From Deltaproteobacteria bacterium (GTDB taxonomy: Bacteria > Desulfobacterota > Binatia > Bin18), in the NCBI GenBank assembly GCA_016874775.1, contig VGTJ01000004.1, forward strand, positions 4,896-68,895: a stretch of DNA of 64,000 bases, given 5' to 3'. The translations under genes were made by a program, and so were the position numbers. This document shows, piece by piece, positions 55,120-64,000 of this stretch. Below the pieces are notes generated by a model. The model had not been told where the DNA came from. It ran no database searches and was given only the letters and a program-made list of their open reading frames with translations. Positions within the stretch are counted from its first letter, which is position 1, and every line of letters begins with the position of its first letter.

Positions 55120-56001
55120 ATGCCACTCAATTCATCAACTATTGGTGCGACTGCAGATCCCATCGTCCATGATGTCGATGCGCGTTGGTTAATGGCCTAT
55201 GCCGCGGGGCTTGGTGACACCTTACCCTGCTATCTGGATACGCTACGTCCGCAGAGTATTATCGGGCATCCGCTGTTTCCCGTGTGTGTCGAATGGCCCA
55301 CTGTTTTGGCCATGCGTGCGCAAGCCGAAACCATGGGATTGACGATGGACGAGGCTATTCGCTCAGTCCATGCTACGCATGATGTCATTCTTCATCGTAG
55401 TGCGCGACCTGGAGATCGGCTCACAACCCGTGCGACGATTGTTGGCGTCGAGCAGCGTGAACCTGGTGCGTTTCAGGTGATGCGTCTCGATACTGTCGAT
55501 GCGCATGGAAAACTCGTGTCTACCACCTGGCAAGGCGGTCTGTTTCGTGATGTGGCGGTGACCGGACCAAATCGACCGGCGACGGAAATCCCGCCACTTC
55601 CGTCTGCGGCTGCGACCGGTGCCACAGCACGACATGAAGTGAAAATACCAATCTCTGCATTGGCTGCGCACGTGTATACGGAGTGCGCGCATATCTGGAA
55701 TCCAGTCCATACCGATACCGCTGTGGCAGATCGGGCTGGCTTACCAGGTTTGATCCTGCATGGGACTGCCACCTTGGCACTGGCGGTATCACAGGTTGTC
55801 AAACTCGAAGCGAGCTGTGAGCCCTCTCAAGTGCGGCGCATTGCAGGTCGGTTCAATGCTATGGTCATGATGCCCTCGGAAATCACCGTGCGAATACTCT
55901 CGCGGGAAAAAACTGCTGACGGCGATGCGGTGTGTTTTGAAGTTCGTAACGCTGAGGGAGCACCAGCGGTGAGGGATGGCGTCGTTCTCTTAAAAGGATG
56001 A
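55120..56001 (+). CDS. MaoC-like (double hot-dog) dehydratase family protein
   Basis: The start is after GGAGG. The C-terminal hot-dog module carries IWNPVHTD.A.A..AGLPG.ILHG. The listed ORF is extended through repeats. Confidence 0.7.
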   Translation: MPLNSSTIGATADPIVHDVDARWLMAYAAGLGDTLPCYLDTLRPQSIIGHPLFPVCVEWPTVLAMRAQAETMGLTMDEAIRSVHATHDVILHRSARPGDRLTTRATIVGVEQREPGAFQVMRLDTVDAHGKLVSTTWQGGLFRDVAVTGPNRPATEIPPLPSAAATGATARHEVKIPISALAAHVYTECAHIWNPVHTDTAVADRAGLPGLILHGTATLALAVSQVVKLEASCEPSQVRRIAGRFNAMVMMPSEITVRILSREKTADGDAVCFEVRNAEGAPAVRDGVVLLKG

Positions 56002-56093
56002 AGAATCGGAGAACCGGAGATGGGGAGAATCGGAGACCGCCCCTCCATTCTTCTGCACCGATTCCCCGATTCTCCGTTTCCCCGGTTCCTTCT
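56001..56093. repeat. Long imperfect hairpin (GAATCGGAG arrays)
   Basis: gaagaatcggagaaccggagatggggagaatcggag faces caccgattccccgattctccgtttccccggttccttc. Confidence 0.85.
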
Positions 56094-56145
56094 CAAACAA
56101 TTGAGAACCCTTGCGAGATTCACTGCTCACACAGGAAGGGCAAAG

Positions 56146-56610
56146 ATGGTCAAAGGCATCTACCATATTAACGTGAACGTCACCGACTTCGAGCGGTCGC
56201 TCGCTTTTTACCAACTCTTGGGTTTCAAGATCGTGCGTGACCTTGGTGAAGTCGGGAACAAGTATCTGGAACGGGGATTGAAAATTCCACAACTGCGTGG
56301 TCGTGCGGTGCTCATGCAAGTCGGAGATGATCGCCGTTCGACACGTCTTGATCTGATTGAATGGAAAACCCCGAAGACCGAAGGCCGAGCTTATCCGCAT
56401 CTCTATCATGCCGGTATGGCCCGTATCGCTTTGGTGACCGACGCATTGCAAGCCGTGTGTGACAAAGTAAAAGCAGCGAATATCGCTGGAGTAGAATTTT
56501 TCTCTGATCCGCAGCTCATTCCCAACGGCTCGGGTGGGAAGGATGCGTTTGTGTGTTTTACTGATCCTGATGGGACGGTGATCGAGTTGATTCAGTTTGG
56601 TGGCGTGTAA
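56146..56610 (+). CDS. VOC/glyoxalase family protein
   Basis: IYHINVNVTDFERSLAFYQLLGF and FTDPDGTVIELIQ. Confidence 0.75.
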   Translation: MVKGIYHINVNVTDFERSLAFYQLLGFKIVRDLGEVGNKYLERGLKIPQLRGRAVLMQVGDDRRSTRLDLIEWKTPKTEGRAYPHLYHAGMARIALVTDALQAVCDKVKAANIAGVEFFSDPQLIPNGSGGKDAFVCFTDPDGTVIELIQFGGV

Positions 56611-57955
56611 CGTGTCGCACGCTTCAACTCCCGCTCGTAAGGAAGAGTCGATCTCGGAGCAGAGGGACGACGCGCGTGGCTATCGACCATTCTGGTTTAA
56701 GCTTGCGTTCTTTATTGGTCGACCACCAGAACTGACCCGCCGCCAGTGGCGCGTCCTTGGGCTCGTTGCGGCAGTGTCGTTCTTTGAGCAGTACGATCTC
56801 TACTTGTTTACGCTGGCGCTGAAGCAAATTCAGGCAGGGCTTGCGATCGAAGAATCCCAACTTGGCTTGTTAGGGTCGATCGTTCGCTTTGGGGCGTTAC
56901 CGGCCTTCTTTGTTACGCTGGTTGCCGATCGCATTGGTCGGCGTCGGGTGTTGTTGTTTACGATCCTCGCGTACACCGTGTTTACTGGGCTGACGGCGTT
57001 TGCCTCAGATGCGCGCTTGTTTGTTGCTTGCCAGTTTCTCGCACGTACTTTTGCTGTTGCTGAGGCTCTCCTTGCGGTCGTGGTTATTGCTGAAGAGTTT
57101 AATCCTGCTGTCCGTGGTTGGGGCATTGGTGCGTTTGCAGCGATTGAATCTTGCGGCGCTGGCTTAGCGGCGCTGCTCTTTGCTTTGGTTGGGCATCTTG
57201 AGCACGGCTGGCGTGGGCTCTATCTGGTTGGTCTTGTTCCGTTGCTCTTAGTTGCGCAGTGGCGTCGCACATTACCGGAGACCGAACGATTCACCGAATA
57301 TCAACAACAACGCACTAATACTGGTCAGTCTGAACATGCGCTGATGCCGCTGTTTCATCTCATGCGCATGTATCCAGCACGTATGGCGTCACTATCTGCT
57401 GTGGTGTTCGTACTCGCGGTGACAGAGTCCGCTGCCGGATTTTTCGGCCCAAAGTATTTACAAGATGTACATGGATGGACGCCAAGTGGGGTCGGACTGC
57501 TCACTGTTCTTGGCGGTGCATTTGCGGTCGTGGGGAATACATTTGCTGGCTGGCTCAGTGATCGTGTCGGACGTAAGTATGTCACTGTTGGTTTCTTACT
57601 TGGAGAAGTGATCTTTACGCTGGCCTATTACAATTCGTCAGCAACGTTTGTCGTCCCGCTTTGGATATTGATGAGCTTTATGCTGCTTGGCGGCAATGTG
57701 ACCGTTGCGGCATATGGAGCTGAGTTATTCCCGACGTCCTATCGTTCGACTGCTGCTGGGGCACGAGTCGTTGTGGCGACAATCGGTGGGAGCCTCGGGC
57801 TTGCACTTGAATCGATGCTATACAGCATCTTAGGATCGCACTGGGAAGCGATCTCGCTATTAGCAGCACTCGCGGTATTAGGACCTCTGCTTGTGATGCT
57901 GACGTTTCCCGAAACGAGTGGGCGAACGTTGGAGGAGATTGCCCCGGAAAGATAA
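56597..57955 (+). CDS. MFS transporter
   Basis: About 12 TM helices and the MFS loop motif ADRIGRRRV. The start is uncertain. Confidence 0.8.
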   Translation: MVACNVSHASTPARKEESISEQRDDARGYRPFWFKLAFFIGRPPELTRRQWRVLGLVAAVSFFEQYDLYLFTLALKQIQAGLAIEESQLGLLGSIVRFGALPAFFVTLVADRIGRRRVLLFTILAYTVFTGLTAFASDARLFVACQFLARTFAVAEALLAVVVIAEEFNPAVRGWGIGAFAAIESCGAGLAALLFALVGHLEHGWRGLYLVGLVPLLLVAQWRRTLPETERFTEYQQQRTNTGQSEHALMPLFHLMRMYPARMASLSAVVFVLAVTESAAGFFGPKYLQDVHGWTPSGVGLLTVLGGAFAVVGNTFAGWLSDRVGRKYVTVGFLLGEVIFTLAYYNSSATFVVPLWILMSFMLLGGNVTVAAYGAELFPTSYRSTAAGARVVVATIGGSLGLALESMLYSILGSHWEAISLLAALAVLGPLLVMLTFPETSGRTLEEIAPER

Positions 57956-57962
57956 GGCAATT

Positions 57963-58050
57963 GTAGAATGCGGATTTCGCATTGCGGAAGAGAGCGGATT
58001 TTGGCCGCAACTCTTATAATCCGCAATCGCCAATCCGCAATCCGCAATTC
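57963..58050. repeat. Hairpin of AATGCGG / AATCCGC heptamer arrays between convergent genes
   Basis: gtagaatgcggatttcgcattgcggaag faces taatccgcaatcgccaatccgcaatccgcaattc. Confidence 0.85.
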
Positions 58051-58741
58051 ATCGCACGCCCATCTGCTGACATACATTAAGCAAAACGTCAGGTCGGTCC
58101 GAACCAATCGCATCAACGCCGAGGTTGATTAACCGACGCATGTCCTCTTCTTTATCAGTGTTCCAGGCACGGACGAATAAGCCGAGTTGATGGGCATCAC
58201 TCACAAGCTGTTGATCTATCCATTCATGCCAGATATGGAGCGCATGGAGGCCAAGTTGTTTGGTCTGCTGAACAACGTCCGCGGGCAAGCGACCCCAGAG
58301 TGCACCGGTGCGGAGCTTGGGATTTTGCATGAGCGCTTCGATGAGCCACTGATGCTTGAAGGATGTCAGGATAACTTGATCGACGGCATTGGCGGCTTCT
58401 ACGGCGTGGACGACAGGAAGGGCGGTTCCAGGTCCTTTGAGTTCTATTTGCAGTACGACTTTCCCACGGGTGATCGCAAGCGTCTCTTCGAGTGTTGGAA
58501 CACATTCTCCGAGTCCTGCATCCAGTTGTCGGATTTCAGCGAAGGTCAGTTCGGCAATTTTCCCAGTGCCATTGGTCGTGCGATCAACGGTCGGATCGTG
58601 CATCAGGATTAAGTGGCCGTCCTTGGTGAGTTGGACGTCAGTTTCAATCTGATCGACCCCAAGGGCAATCGCGCGATGCATCGCACGTAGAGTGTTTTCT
58701 GGTTCGAGAGAACCGGCGCCGCGGTGGGAGGTGATGATCAC
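58049..58741 (-). CDS. Glycerophosphodiester phosphodiesterase family protein
   Basis: SHRGAG..EPENT, IETDVQLTKDGHLILMHD and WN motifs. Confidence 0.85.
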   Translation of the reverse strand: MIITSHRGAGSLEPENTLRAMHRAIALGVDQIETDVQLTKDGHLILMHDPTVDRTTNGTGKIAELTFAEIRQLDAGLGECVPTLEETLAITRGKVVLQIELKGPGTALPVVHAVEAANAVDQVILTSFKHQWLIEALMQNPKLRTGALWGRLPADVVQQTKQLGLHALHIWHEWIDQQLVSDAHQLGLFVRAWNTDKEEDMRRLINLGVDAIGSDRPDVLLNVCQQMGVR

Positions 58742-58802
58742 TATGGTTACTCTTTGCTGTTGAGATAAACGCTGCCTTTAGTGGGGAGTATCTTGGTTAC
58801 TA

Positions 58803-58867
58803 CCCTCACCCACACTCGCTCTGCTCGTGTTGCCCTCTCCCTGGCTGGGAGAGGGCTAGGGTGAGGG
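58803..58867. repeat. GC-rich palindrome (CCCTCACCC ... GCCCTCTCCC-TGGCT-GGGAGAGGGC-TAGGGTGAGGG)
   Basis: Read directly. Same family as 43586..43627. Confidence 0.85.
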
Positions 58868-58907
58868 TCGCAAGTGAGGAGCAATGGCCAAACAATTGCT
58901 CCCTGTA

Positions 58908-59354
58908 TTAAATACGCTGCCATTGCACCAACGTCACATCAGTATGATCTTCCCACACAACCTCAACACTATCACCAATCTTCACATCCTGTTGTGGATC
59001 ACCAAGTAAGTTACCGACCATGCGAACATTACCGGCATCTGGCAGCTCCACCAGAACGATCAAATAGGGGCCACGCTCTTTGAGAGCTTTGTGCACTGGA
59101 TGCCACACCCGTTCAAAGGCATACACCTTACCGCGACCTGAACTCTCAACCCACGACAGTTCTCCAGAGCGACACTTATGGCAAATCCACTCTGGACCGA
59201 ACTGAAACGAGCCGCAGGTTTTGCAGCGTTGAACCAACAGCTTGTGCTGTTTCGTGCCCTCCCAAAATGGCGCATCGAGCCCATCAGGCATTGGTGCAGG
59301 GAGCGGCATGCCTTCGGGGAGGTAGGAAACGGTGGTAACATGCTCAACCGACAT
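58908..59354 (-). CDS. Zn-ribbon/OB-fold protein (DUF35 family)
   Basis: A CxxC...CxxC rubredoxin-like knuckle (CKTCGSFQFGPEWICHKC) is followed by an OB fold. It is paired with a thiolase-like gene. Confidence 0.8.
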   Translation of the reverse strand: MSVEHVTTVSYLPEGMPLPAPMPDGLDAPFWEGTKQHKLLVQRCKTCGSFQFGPEWICHKCRSGELSWVESSGRGKVYAFERVWHPVHKALKERGPYLIVLVELPDAGNVRMVGNLLGDPQQDVKIGDSVEVVWEDHTDVTLVQWQRI

Positions 59355-59384
59355 ACGATAATTCCTTCCGTGTGAACTTGCGGA

Positions 59385-59492
59385 CGTAATACGTAATGCG
59401 TAATGCGTAAAAGGGGAGGGGAGGTGGTTACGGATTACGCATTACGTATTATTTTTCAGAGTGGTTACGTATTACGTTTTACGCTTTACGTT
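59385..59492. repeat. Hairpin plus third array of TAATGCG / TTACGTA heptamers
   Basis: taatacgtaatgcgtaatgcgtaa faces ttacggattacgcattacgtatta with 1 mismatch. It is followed by ttacgtattacgttttacgctttacgt. Confidence 0.9.
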
Positions 59493-60661
59493 TAGTTTCT
59501 CAGCAACAAATCACTCACCGGCGCGACCATTGGTCCGGCGGCAACGAGACAAACCTGCGCGTCTTTCACTTGGCAAGTCGACGTTCCGCGCATTTGCCGG
59601 ACGCCTTCAAGGACGAGTTCGAGACCGTGCATGTAGGCTTCAGCGAGATTGCCGCCACTAGTGTTCAACGGCAGTCCGCCATTGGGCCATTCGAGGTTGC
59701 CGTTGGTGCAAAAGGCTTCGGCTTCTTCGGCTGAGCACAGTCCGTGTTCAACCAGGCTCATTAACACACCGCCAGTGAAATTCTCGTAGACTTGCGCGAC
59801 ATCAACGTCTTTGGGAGTAATGCCAGCCATACCAAATAAACGTGGTGCGAGGGTCTTGAAGTTCGAGGTTGCATAATCGGGATCGTTATGTGCGGCTGTC
59901 CATTGACGATAGCCTGAGCCTTGCGCGGCAGCCATGAGATAGACTGGCTTTTGTTTGAGGTCCCGAGCGCGTTCGGTGGTGGTAAGAATAACAGCAGCTG
60001 CACCATCATTCTCTAAACAGCAGTCAAACAGATGAAATGGTTCGACGATCCAGCGTGAGTTGTAGTACGACTCGCGTGTGAGCGGACGACCATACATAAT
60101 TGCACGAGGGTTTTGTTGTGCATGTTTATATGACGCCAAGGCGATACCGCACAGTGCCTCTTGGCTGATGTTGTGTTCATACATGAACCGCTGCGTACGC
60201 ATCGCGAACATCTGCGCCGGCGACATCAAGCCGTATGGCATCGAGTAGGCCATTGGGCCGCGGACGCGTGCACCAGCATGACCTTGGCCAAAGCGACCAA
60301 ACTGTCCTTGGGCTAAAGCTCGGAACGCAACTACATGCTTGGCATAACCTGCGACAACCGCTGCTGCAGCATTGCCGACGGCACCAGCGACGCCACCGCC
60401 GCCGCCACCCCAGTGCATGTTGGAAAACTGAATCTGCGGAACGCCGAGTGCTGCCGCAAGACGAACCGGGTCATTGCGGTCATCGCTATACGAGGCAAAT
60501 CCATCGATATCTTCGACCTGTAATCCAGCATCAGCCACGGCTTTCTGAATCGCTTCGAGGGCGAGTTGAAACTCGCTCACTGGTGATTGCCCAGCTTTGT
60601 AGTAGCGTGTCTCGCCTATGCCAACGATGGCAACTTTGTCTTTGATGGTGTAGTCGGTCAT
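59492..60661 (-). CDS. Thiolase-like (SCP-x type) protein, partner of DUF35
   Basis: Thiolase-fold length and blocks (VAIVGIGET, NTSGG), with the typical DUF35 pairing. Confidence 0.8.
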   Translation of the reverse strand: MTDYTIKDKVAIVGIGETRYYKAGQSPVSEFQLALEAIQKAVADAGLQVEDIDGFASYSDDRNDPVRLAAALGVPQIQFSNMHWGGGGGGVAGAVGNAAAAVVAGYAKHVVAFRALAQGQFGRFGQGHAGARVRGPMAYSMPYGLMSPAQMFAMRTQRFMYEHNISQEALCGIALASYKHAQQNPRAIMYGRPLTRESYYNSRWIVEPFHLFDCCLENDGAAAVILTTTERARDLKQKPVYLMAAAQGSGYRQWTAAHNDPDYATSNFKTLAPRLFGMAGITPKDVDVAQVYENFTGGVLMSLVEHGLCSAEEAEAFCTNGNLEWPNGGLPLNTSGGNLAEAYMHGLELVLEGVRQMRGTSTCQVKDAQVCLVAAGPMVAPVSDLLLRN

Positions 60662-60675
60662 AAAGTCTCTCCAAA

Positions 60676-60776
60676 GCTATCAGCGATCAGCGATCAGCCG
60701 TCAGCCGTCAGCCTAAAAGGGCGAAGTGTAGATTACCTCAGTAGCTGAAAGCTGAGAGCTGACGGCTGACGGCTAC
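60676..60776. repeat. Hairpin of CAGCGAT/CAGCCGT heptamer arrays
   Basis: cagccgtcagccgtcagcc (60695-60713) is complementary to gctgacggctgacggctac (60758-60776). Confidence 0.9.
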
Positions 60777-61145
60777 TTACTTCTTCGCATCAATCTCATC
60801 AAACAGTTCTTTCGCGATACGCAAGCCGTTCACACCGGTCGGCCAGCCGCCGTAATGCGCGAGGTGAATCATGATCTCGTTGATCTTGTCGCGGCTGATG
60901 CCAGCATTGAGTGCCCCGCGAAGATGGACTTTCAACTCACGTTCGCGCGCCAGCACTGTCAGTGCAGCGACAGTGATCATCGATCGTTCACGCAGTTCCA
61001 AGCCTGGCCGACCCCAAACGTCGCCAAACAAGTTCTCAACCGTGATCTTGAGGAAATCTTCCTGCATTTGTCCGGGCTGCGGTTCACGGCCAAAGAGTTC
61101 CTTCATCTTTGCCGCCCCTTTTTGCCAGCGTTCTGATTCTGCCAT
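60777..61145 (-). CDS. Carboxymuconolactone decarboxylase (AhpD-like) family protein
   Basis: GDVWGRPGL..RERSMITVA.L and HLAHYGGWP blocks. Confidence 0.8.
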   Translation of the reverse strand: MAESERWQKGAAKMKELFGREPQPGQMQEDFLKITVENLFGDVWGRPGLELRERSMITVAALTVLARERELKVHLRGALNAGISRDKINEIMIHLAHYGGWPTGVNGLRIAKELFDEIDAKK

Positions 61146-61301
61146 ACGTTACTCCTCCTTTGTTCGAGATGCGCTCGCGAATACTTGCGAGCAATGGACC
61201 GGTTGTCTACTATCAGACCTGCTATTCAGGAGTCAAAGCGGAAGGGCAAGTCTAAGGTCCAAAGTCCAAGGTCCAAAGTCGGAAAATGAAGGAGGCTCTG
61301 C

Positions 61302-61736
61302 TTGCGTTCATATGTATGGGGCGCAATTCTGCTAGTCAGCATTCTTGCGATGCTTGGGACATGCGTGCAACCACGGCTATTACAACGAGAGCCTGTACAG
61401 AAAGATGAAAACTCTATGGTGAGTGAGATTCGTTCCCGAGACTTAAAGGCGCGACTCGACAAAGGGGATCAGCCTGTTTTGCTTGATGTTCGTGAACCAG
61501 AAGAAGTCGCGATTGTACAACTGCCTGGCGCGGTGCATATTCCGATGGGTGAAATTCCTGGGCGCGTGCATGAACTCGATCCTGACAAGGAAATTATTGT
61601 GTATTGTCATCATGGCGTGCGCAGCTTACGTGTTGCGCAGTTCCTGGCCCAGCGTGATTTTACCAAAGTGGCAAATCTGGCTGGTGGCATCGACGCGTGG
61701 GCGCTTGAGGTCGAGCCGGGAATGGCACGGTACTAA
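61302..61736 (+). CDS. Rhodanese-domain sulfurtransferase with N-terminal hydrophobic segment
   Basis: Active-site loop CHHGVRS. TTG start 6 nt after GAAGGAGG. The N-terminus WGAILLVSILAMLG is hydrophobic. The alternative ATG at 61416 lacks an RBS. Confidence 0.75.
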   Translation: MRSYVWGAILLVSILAMLGTCVQPRLLQREPVQKDENSMVSEIRSRDLKARLDKGDQPVLLDVREPEEVAIVQLPGAVHIPMGEIPGRVHELDPDKEIIVYCHHGVRSLRVAQFLAQRDFTKVANLAGGIDAWALEVEPGMARY

Positions 61737-61780
61737 TGCGGAATGCGGAATGTAGAATGCGGAATGAGAAATGAAAAAGG
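61734..61780. repeat. Tandem GAATGCG-type heptamers
   Basis: taatgcg gaatgcg gaatgta gaatgcg gaatgag aaatgaa. Confidence 0.9.
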
Positions 61781-61792
61781 AAAAAACTCTCC

Positions 61793-63025
61793 ATGGCTAA
61801 TACCCAACCTCCAACCCCTAACCCCCAATCTTCAGGGCCGCTCCATGGTATTCGTGTTATCGAGTGCGGTAACATGGTGTCAGCACCCTATGCCGCAAAG
61901 TTGATGGCTGATCTCGGAGCGGAGGTCATCAAGATTGAGTCTCCGAGTGGCGATGCGTCGCGTCGGCGTGGACCGTACCCTGGTAACGTTCCACATCCAG
62001 AAAAAAGTGGTACCTTTCTGTATCTCAATACCAACAAACTTGGAGTGACACTCAATCTCGAGGCGCCGAAAGGCCAAGAGATTTTTCACCGCTTGGTGAA
62101 AGATGCTGACCTGGTGATTCATAACTATCATCCGACCCGTATGGCCTCGGTGGGGATGGATTATGACACCTTGCGTCAGGTGAACCCACGGGTAGTGATG
62201 ACGTCAATCACGCCGTTTGGACTGACGGGGCCAAACCGCGACCTCCATGCCCAAGAGCTGACCATGTGGAGCGCTGGTGGCATTGTCTACCTTGGTGGGG
62301 TGTCCGGTCGTCCTGATATGCCACCACTGAAAACCTTTGGCCATCAAGCGGGCTTCCAAGGCGGAGTGAATGCTGCCAATGGGTCGTTAGCGGCTCTCTT
62401 TGGTCGCTTTCGTTCCGGCAAGGGCCAGCATGTTGACGTTTCCGTGCAAGAATGTCTCGTGGCGATTATGGAGAATAACTATATCTCCTGGCCGTATGAT
62501 CATAGTGTCGCGTCGCGTCTTGGCTTTCGCCTGATCCCGCAAGATGTGTTTCAGTGCCGCGATGGATTCATTTATTTCTTAGCAATTGAAGATCATCAGT
62601 GGAAAGGGGCAGTCGAGTTGATGGGCAATCCTGAATGGGCAGCGATGGACATCTTTCAAGATTTCCCGTCGCGCTCAGGTAACTGGGATGTGCTGAAATC
62701 ACTTCTTGATGAATGGATGGCCGACAAATCCGCGCAGGAAGTCTACCACGCGGCGCAGGCTCGCCGGGTGCCGTTTGCGCCGGTATCGACAATGGGGGAT
62801 CTGATCAACTCGAAACACCTCAATGCCCGTGGCTTCTTCGTGGAAATTGCTCATCCTCAGACTGGGGAATTGACATATCCTGGAGCGCCCTATCGTTTTT
62901 CTGTTACGCCGTGGGCATTGCGTCGACCAGCGCCGTGCCTCGGACAACATAACAGTGAGGTATATGGGCGGCTTGGGTTGTCACAGGGGGAGATGGAGAC
63001 GCTGAAACAACAAGGAACCATTTAG
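61793..63025 (+). CDS. CaiB/BaiF family III CoA-transferase
   Basis: GIRVIE.GNMVSAPYAAKLMADLGAEVIKIE N-terminus and family-typical length. Confidence 0.85.
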   Translation: MANTQPPTPNPQSSGPLHGIRVIECGNMVSAPYAAKLMADLGAEVIKIESPSGDASRRRGPYPGNVPHPEKSGTFLYLNTNKLGVTLNLEAPKGQEIFHRLVKDADLVIHNYHPTRMASVGMDYDTLRQVNPRVVMTSITPFGLTGPNRDLHAQELTMWSAGGIVYLGGVSGRPDMPPLKTFGHQAGFQGGVNAANGSLAALFGRFRSGKGQHVDVSVQECLVAIMENNYISWPYDHSVASRLGFRLIPQDVFQCRDGFIYFLAIEDHQWKGAVELMGNPEWAAMDIFQDFPSRSGNWDVLKSLLDEWMADKSAQEVYHAAQARRVPFAPVSTMGDLINSKHLNARGFFVEIAHPQTGELTYPGAPYRFSVTPWALRRPAPCLGQHNSEVYGRLGLSQGEMETLKQQGTI

Positions 63026-63109
63026 GCTCTGGGAGCTGGAAAAAACGAAGAGCGATCCTAAACACCAAAGCCTAGAGCCCAGATCCCAAAGCCCTTCAAA
63101 CGAGGAATT

Positions 63110-64000
63110 ATGTCTGAAAACTTACCATTATCAGGAGTACGAATCGCCGATTTCACCTGGGTGTGGGCTGGACCGTTTGCCACGATGCAATTGGCCCATC
63201 TTGGTGCTGAGGTCATTCGCATTGAGTCACAGAATCGCGTCTGTGTCACGCGCCGGATTCCACCGTTCGCCGAAGGGCAACCGGGAGTGAATCGCAGTGG
63301 CTACTTCAATCAGTTTAACCAAGGCAAAAAGTCGGTCTCCTTGAACCTGAAAGACCCGCAAGCTTTGGAGATCGCAAAGAAGCTGGTTGCTGCCAGTGAC
63401 GTTGTCACGGAAAACTTTGCAGCTGGTGTGATGGACAAGATGGGCTTGGGGTACGAAGTTATGCGTAAGATCAAGCCCAATATCATCATGATCTCAATGT
63501 CCGGCTACGGTGCGGTTGGACCGGAAAGTCCCTACGTATCGTACGGGCCAGCTCAGGCTCCATTGAGCGGCTTGTCTTCGCTCACGGGGTTTCCTGATTT
63601 TCCGCCCATGCATGTTGGCTTCTCGTATGGTGACCCAAACGGCGGCTTGCATGGTTCCTTTGCCGTGCTCGCCGCACTGATGCATCGCGAACGCACGGGC
63701 GAAGGACAATATATTGATCTCTCGCAGTTAGAATCTTCCATTGCGGTGATCGGTGAAGGGCTGCTGGCATATACGATGAATGGGGTACCACCGCCGCGTA
63801 TTGGCAACCGCGATCCGTATGTGTCTCCTCATGGATTGTTCCACTGTCAGGGCGAAGATCGTTGGGTCAGTATTGTTGTCGCTAATGAAGATGAGTGGCA
63901 GAAATTTTGTCAGGCCATTGGTCAGCCAGGACTTGCAACGGATTCTCGCTTCTCCTCCCTTGATGCGCGCAAAAAGAACGAAGACGCCCTGGAAGCTCTC
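63110..64000 (+). CDS. CaiB/BaiF family III CoA-transferase, 3' end cut by window edge
   Basis: ATG at 63110 (MSENLPLSGVRIADFTWVWAGPFATMQLAHLGAEVIRIES). The frame stays open to base 64000. It is absent from the ORF track because no stop lies in the window. Confidence 0.85.
   Translation, partial: MSENLPLSGVRIADFTWVWAGPFATMQLAHLGAEVIRIESQNRVCVTRRIPPFAEGQPGVNRSGYFNQFNQGKKSVSLNLKDPQALEIAKKLVAASDVVTENFAAGVMDKMGLGYEVMRKIKPNIIMISMSGYGAVGPESPYVSYGPAQAPLSGLSSLTGFPDFPPMHVGFSYGDPNGGLHGSFAVLAALMHRERTGEGQYIDLSQLESSIAVIGEGLLAYTMNGVPPPRIGNRDPYVSPHGLFHCQGEDRWVSIVVANEDEWQKFCQAIGQPGLATDSRFSSLDARKKNEDALEAL

Noticed and set aside
1-64000. Search for tRNA, rRNA, tmRNA, RNase P, SRP RNA, IS elements, integrases or prophage genes.
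   Set aside because: No spacer showed cloverleaf-like or other recognisable conserved RNA motifs by eye. No ORF resembled a transposase, recombinase or phage structural protein. A covariance-model scan (Infernal/Rfam, tRNAscan-SE) would be needed to be definitive.

Overview
The window is gene-dense, with about 60 CDS on both strands, and looks moderately GC-rich by eye. It appears to be a chromosomal segment from an uncultured-type bacterium whose taxon I cannot assign. I recognised no rRNA, tRNA, CRISPR array, transposase, integrase or reverse transcriptase. There are five main content blocks. (1) Many small-molecule or aromatic catabolic enzymes are present: a LigB-type dioxygenase, 2 amidohydrolase-2 proteins, 2 LLM/F420-type oxidoreductases, at least 5 VOC/glyoxalase-fold proteins, dienelactone hydrolase, an amidase, MaoC, a DUF35 plus thiolase-like pair, a CMD-family protein, 2 family III CoA-transferases, an acyl-CoA dehydrogenase, PDH-type E1 alpha/beta, and nitronate monooxygenase. 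Two MFS transporters and a DUF485-ActP pair sit among them. (2) Envelope genes include two BatA-N/VWA membrane proteins, a DUF58 protein, a family of small secreted paralogues I cannot place, lipoproteins, an MCP, and an RND/MMPL transporter fused to a cNMP-binding domain. (3) DNA repair genes include recN and a contiguous nurA-like / herA-like / sbcD / sbcC cluster, followed by a DUF1016 (YhcG) PD-(D/E)xK nuclease. This cluster is the most system-like candidate in the window. (4) A DUF433/DUF5615 toxin-antitoxin-like pair is present, and its toxin reading frame is broken. (5) The most unusual signal at sequence level is in the intergenic spacers. Nearly every spacer carries tandem arrays with a period of about 7 nt, paired with reverse-complement arrays so that they form long imperfect hairpins. 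Several REP-like palindromes with a GTAG head are also present. These repeats also intrude into two coding regions, and they create false N-terminal ORF extensions in the supplied ORF track. All functional calls rest on motif and family recognition by eye, because no database search was possible.
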